Part shown: positions 61,046 to 64,000 of the stretch, piece by piece | Position numbering within the stretch: position 1 is the first letter of the stretch | Layout of the letters: the number at the start of each line of letters is the position of its first letter | Source: Schmidtea polychroa | Lineage: Eukaryota | DNA: 64,000 nucleotides | Assembly: GCA_044892525.1 (NCBI GenBank) | Contig: CM097888.1 | Span: forward strand, 89,838,001 to 89,902,000 | Direction: 5' to 3' | Position numbers and translations under genes: made by a program | The notes under the pieces: generated by a model | Database searches by the model: none | Seen by the model: the letters and a program-made list of their open reading frames with translations, nothing else | What the model was told of the DNA's origin: nothing

Positions 61046-62599
61046 GCGTTTTCTTTAAGATATTTCTAATTTTACAACAATTGTTTTCACAGACTATAAT
61101 AATAGCTTAAGCATCGTATTTTGGATCATATGAGGAAATGCTAAAAATAAGTTAAAAACAGTAAAATGATTCTAAAAAATCGCGATTATCAACTTAAACG
61201 GAATTGGAAACATCATTATAAGTCACAGAAAAGTGGAGGATGAAGCAAGCATTTGAAGAAGGAGAAATGAAAGAAAGTCAATTAAAATAGAATAAAGGGT
61301 TAGTAATAATTAATAAGTAGAAATTTAGAAAAAAGAACAAAACAAATTTTTTGAGCTGAATCAAAAATACAGGGTAAATGTTTATTAAAACTAAATTTTG
61401 CAAGGACAGAAAAATAAAGTAGGTCACTGAAAACAAGCAAGCTAAGCATGCCATCACAATACACATATGGAAATGCATATCATATGGTTAAAAGTGCTGC
61501 ATAATGAGGCTAGGCTCATTGACATATTCACTCTCAATGAATATTATAAAACACACCAAAGCAAATACAAGGTAAACGTATTTTCAGAAAATCAACCATA
61601 AAGAAATAATAATCGCCATGGAACAAATAATCACCTTATAAAAATGATAATATTGAATTGTTAAAAGAAATTGTTTCATATGAAAGTGAACATCAATATG
61701 TACTAGAGTGAATTTTGAATTAAAATAAAATTTATTTAATATAATTATAGTTCTAGTTCATACTTGTATCATTTGAATTTTACCCATACAAATATTACGT
61801 AATGCTATATTTCCTGGTATATTTGGCTTCTCCTCACTACTCTAATGAAGTATAAATATTATGTAAGAGGTCAAAGGTTAATTATTGTATAAGGGGTCAA
61901 AGAACAATTATTACAAAAGTGGGGTCAAATAAAAAATCAATTATTACGTATTCAAAAATGTAATTACGTTCCTTATAGGTGATTATGTAATTTCATAAAA
62001 TTATGTAAAACCATACCACCCCCAAGTTACCCATACAAATATTACGTAATACTGTATATCCTGGGCTATTTGGCTTGGTTTATACTCCTCACTTGTCACT
62101 ATATACAGTTCAAACAGAACGACTAAAATATCAAAACTTCATCCCGTCCCACTAGATTGTAGGAAAGAGTGAAATCCAAAGACAGCATTTTTGTCGATGT
62201 CAGTTTCTAAATTTGAAGATAATCTATTTATAAACTAAAGGAAATATTCTTTTTCAAAACAGTACTAATTTTAATTCCTCAACAACGTTTGAGTTCAATT
62301 TCTTTACACATTAATATTCACAATTCAGGAGCTGTATATATTAGGATTCTCATCCGTTACAACATTAATATCTGGTTCTAAATCACTAAATAATTTCATA
62401 AATTTGTTGAGGTTTTAAAAGTAAATTATTATATGTATATATATAAAAAAATAATGTTTTTATTACATCATTGACTAACCAGAAAATATTAATAAAGATT
62501 TCATTCTGAATAATATCATTTAAAGCAGCCGACAATGTTCATGAAAATTTGAGTCTGCATCCGATAAAATTCACAAAATATAAGTTTTCTAATCATTAT

Positions 62600-63102
62600 T
62601 TTCAGTGAATTATGGATAATGGTGAGGAAATTCGGAGATCGTGGTTATTTTATTTAAAAAACGCTAACAAAATCTTTTGTTTTTACTGGAAAATCGATTG
62701 CGAAAGGAACGATATTAAATACCATCATGGAAAAAAGCTTGAAAAATGAAGTGGAACATTGGACAAAGTACTAAGAATATAAATTTCCTTAACAATGATG
62801 ACAGCAAAATGAAACATGGTATTCAAAGGATCTTATGACAAAGTTTATGAAGACAATAACGAAAACTTTCTAAAATAATTAAGAATTTTTGACAAATTTA
62901 ACTGGGTTATGGCAAAATATTTGTTATGAGCAAAAGTAAAACAAATTCTCTGCCCTGCCTAGTAGAAAAATCCAGAATGAAATTATGGATTTGATTGGCA
63001 ATTGCATCAAAACACCGTAGGCCAGACCTATGATAACGGTGCGAATATGACGAGTATTAAGAGTGGCGTTCAAACTCACATACAGAATAAAAACTCTGGA
63101 GC
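62600..63102 (+). mobile_element. Decayed hAT (ZMYM1-like/DUF4371) transposase remnant
   Basis: NGEEIRRSWLFY...KIFCFY; QNEIMDLIGNCI; GQTYDNGANM...GVQTHIQNKN; many stops and deletions. Confidence 0.7.
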
Positions 63103-64000
63103 ACTATCAAGCCCAACCAAAGAACAAACGAGAAAATCTGATTTATTAACAACAAATAGAAATGGAACAATAAATATTTATAAAACATGATAATAATCAA
63201 TTGGAACAAATAAAAACTAGGAAATCCACAAAATACCGGTGGAAAGCCTCCGACGCGTCATCCAATCAACTAGAGCTCCATTTTCTCATTGGCAACGCCC
63301 GATTGGAAGCTGTGCAATATATTCAACCGAGTTTTTATTTCAAGCTTTTTGTTGTCAGACACATTTCCATCGCTCAATTTCCTCAATCGTTCTCGCTCGC
63401 TTTTCACAAAATCCACTCCGTTGTTACGGATCTTTGTTGCAATCTTTAAATATTTCTCGGCCGATGAATGTTTGGCTTTGTCGGGTTTCAGATCTTTTAC
63501 TTTATTGGTCATTAGATCTATAATTTTATCCTGAACTTCGGCATTGCTATTGACGAATTCCTTGGCGATTTGATCAAACTCTTCAAGGCATCCGTTCAAA
63601 CCGATGTAAGCCCCTGAAATTAGTCACTTGTACAATGCCGCCATTCGCAAGTTTTTAATATTAGCCAATTTGAAATGTTTTGAAAATGTTGTTGAAAAAT
63701 ATTTAAATGATTATTTGTAATAAATTAATTCTCCCGACCAAAAGTCTAAGAGAACGCATGCAAAAGTGCACGAATTCTGGTTAATATATTTATAATAATC
63801 TATATTTGATAGCATTGCTTTCTATTCCCGAGGAGAGGGAATGTAGATCCGATCGGGAAATTATAATCATAGAAATAGTTCATTGGTTACCATAGTTACC
63901 GTATAGCTCGGTCTAAATACGCCATTTCAGGATAGGCCAATGAAGGCCTACTTCAACAAAAGATAAATAGCGGCTAATGATAATAATCAAAGTATAATAA
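63103..64000. repeat. Duplicate of 26478-27200 with an extra insertion of about 160 bp (63729-63888)
   Basis: Shared start ACTATCAAGCCCAACC and near identity throughout. Confidence 0.93.
63270..63613 (-). CDS. ERP29: ERp29-like terminal exon, copy 2 (protein identical to copy 1)
   Basis: Same acceptor and translation as 26645-26988. Confidence 0.8.

Larger units (their letters stand above)
57464..61618. repeat. Segmental duplication, copy 2, with the Penelope element occupying 59886-61045
   Basis: Near identity to 29480-31925 and 32420-33008. Confidence 0.92.

Overview
AT-rich eukaryotic (invertebrate) scaffold with three N-gaps and tiny introns of about 41-52 nt; a planarian-like flatworm is my guess, not shown. 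One clear host gene is present: an intronless type-B/GAR-like muscarinic acetylcholine receptor (22361-23989). The rest is mobile or duplicated DNA. (1) 1-6409, minus strand: an apparently young Ty3/gypsy element of the CsRn1 type. It has a 1346-bp 5' LTR containing a captured, decayed lipin mRNA fragment and a tRNA-Leu PBS. Its ORF1 has a 76-aa ubiquitin-like domain ending in LSGG fused directly in front of Gag, and pol is reached by a -1 frameshift (A AAA AAC plus hairpin). (2) 35.3-49.9 kb: a scrambled tandem array of 42-44-nt introns and symmetric phase-1 mini-exons. These encode an unfamiliar double zinc-binding module, coiled-coil and acidic linker modules and an 18-bp minisatellite read in two different frames, and the array is fused in frame to a FLYWCH/MULE transposase fragment. 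(3) A Penelope-like retroelement with a minimal hammerhead ribozyme, plus two head-to-head inverted hammerhead pairs elsewhere. (4) Local duplications carrying an ERp29 last exon (x2) and an orphan 175-aa ORF (x3), a solo LTR, and piggyBac and hAT remnants. All protein identifications come from motif recognition by eye; no database search was run.
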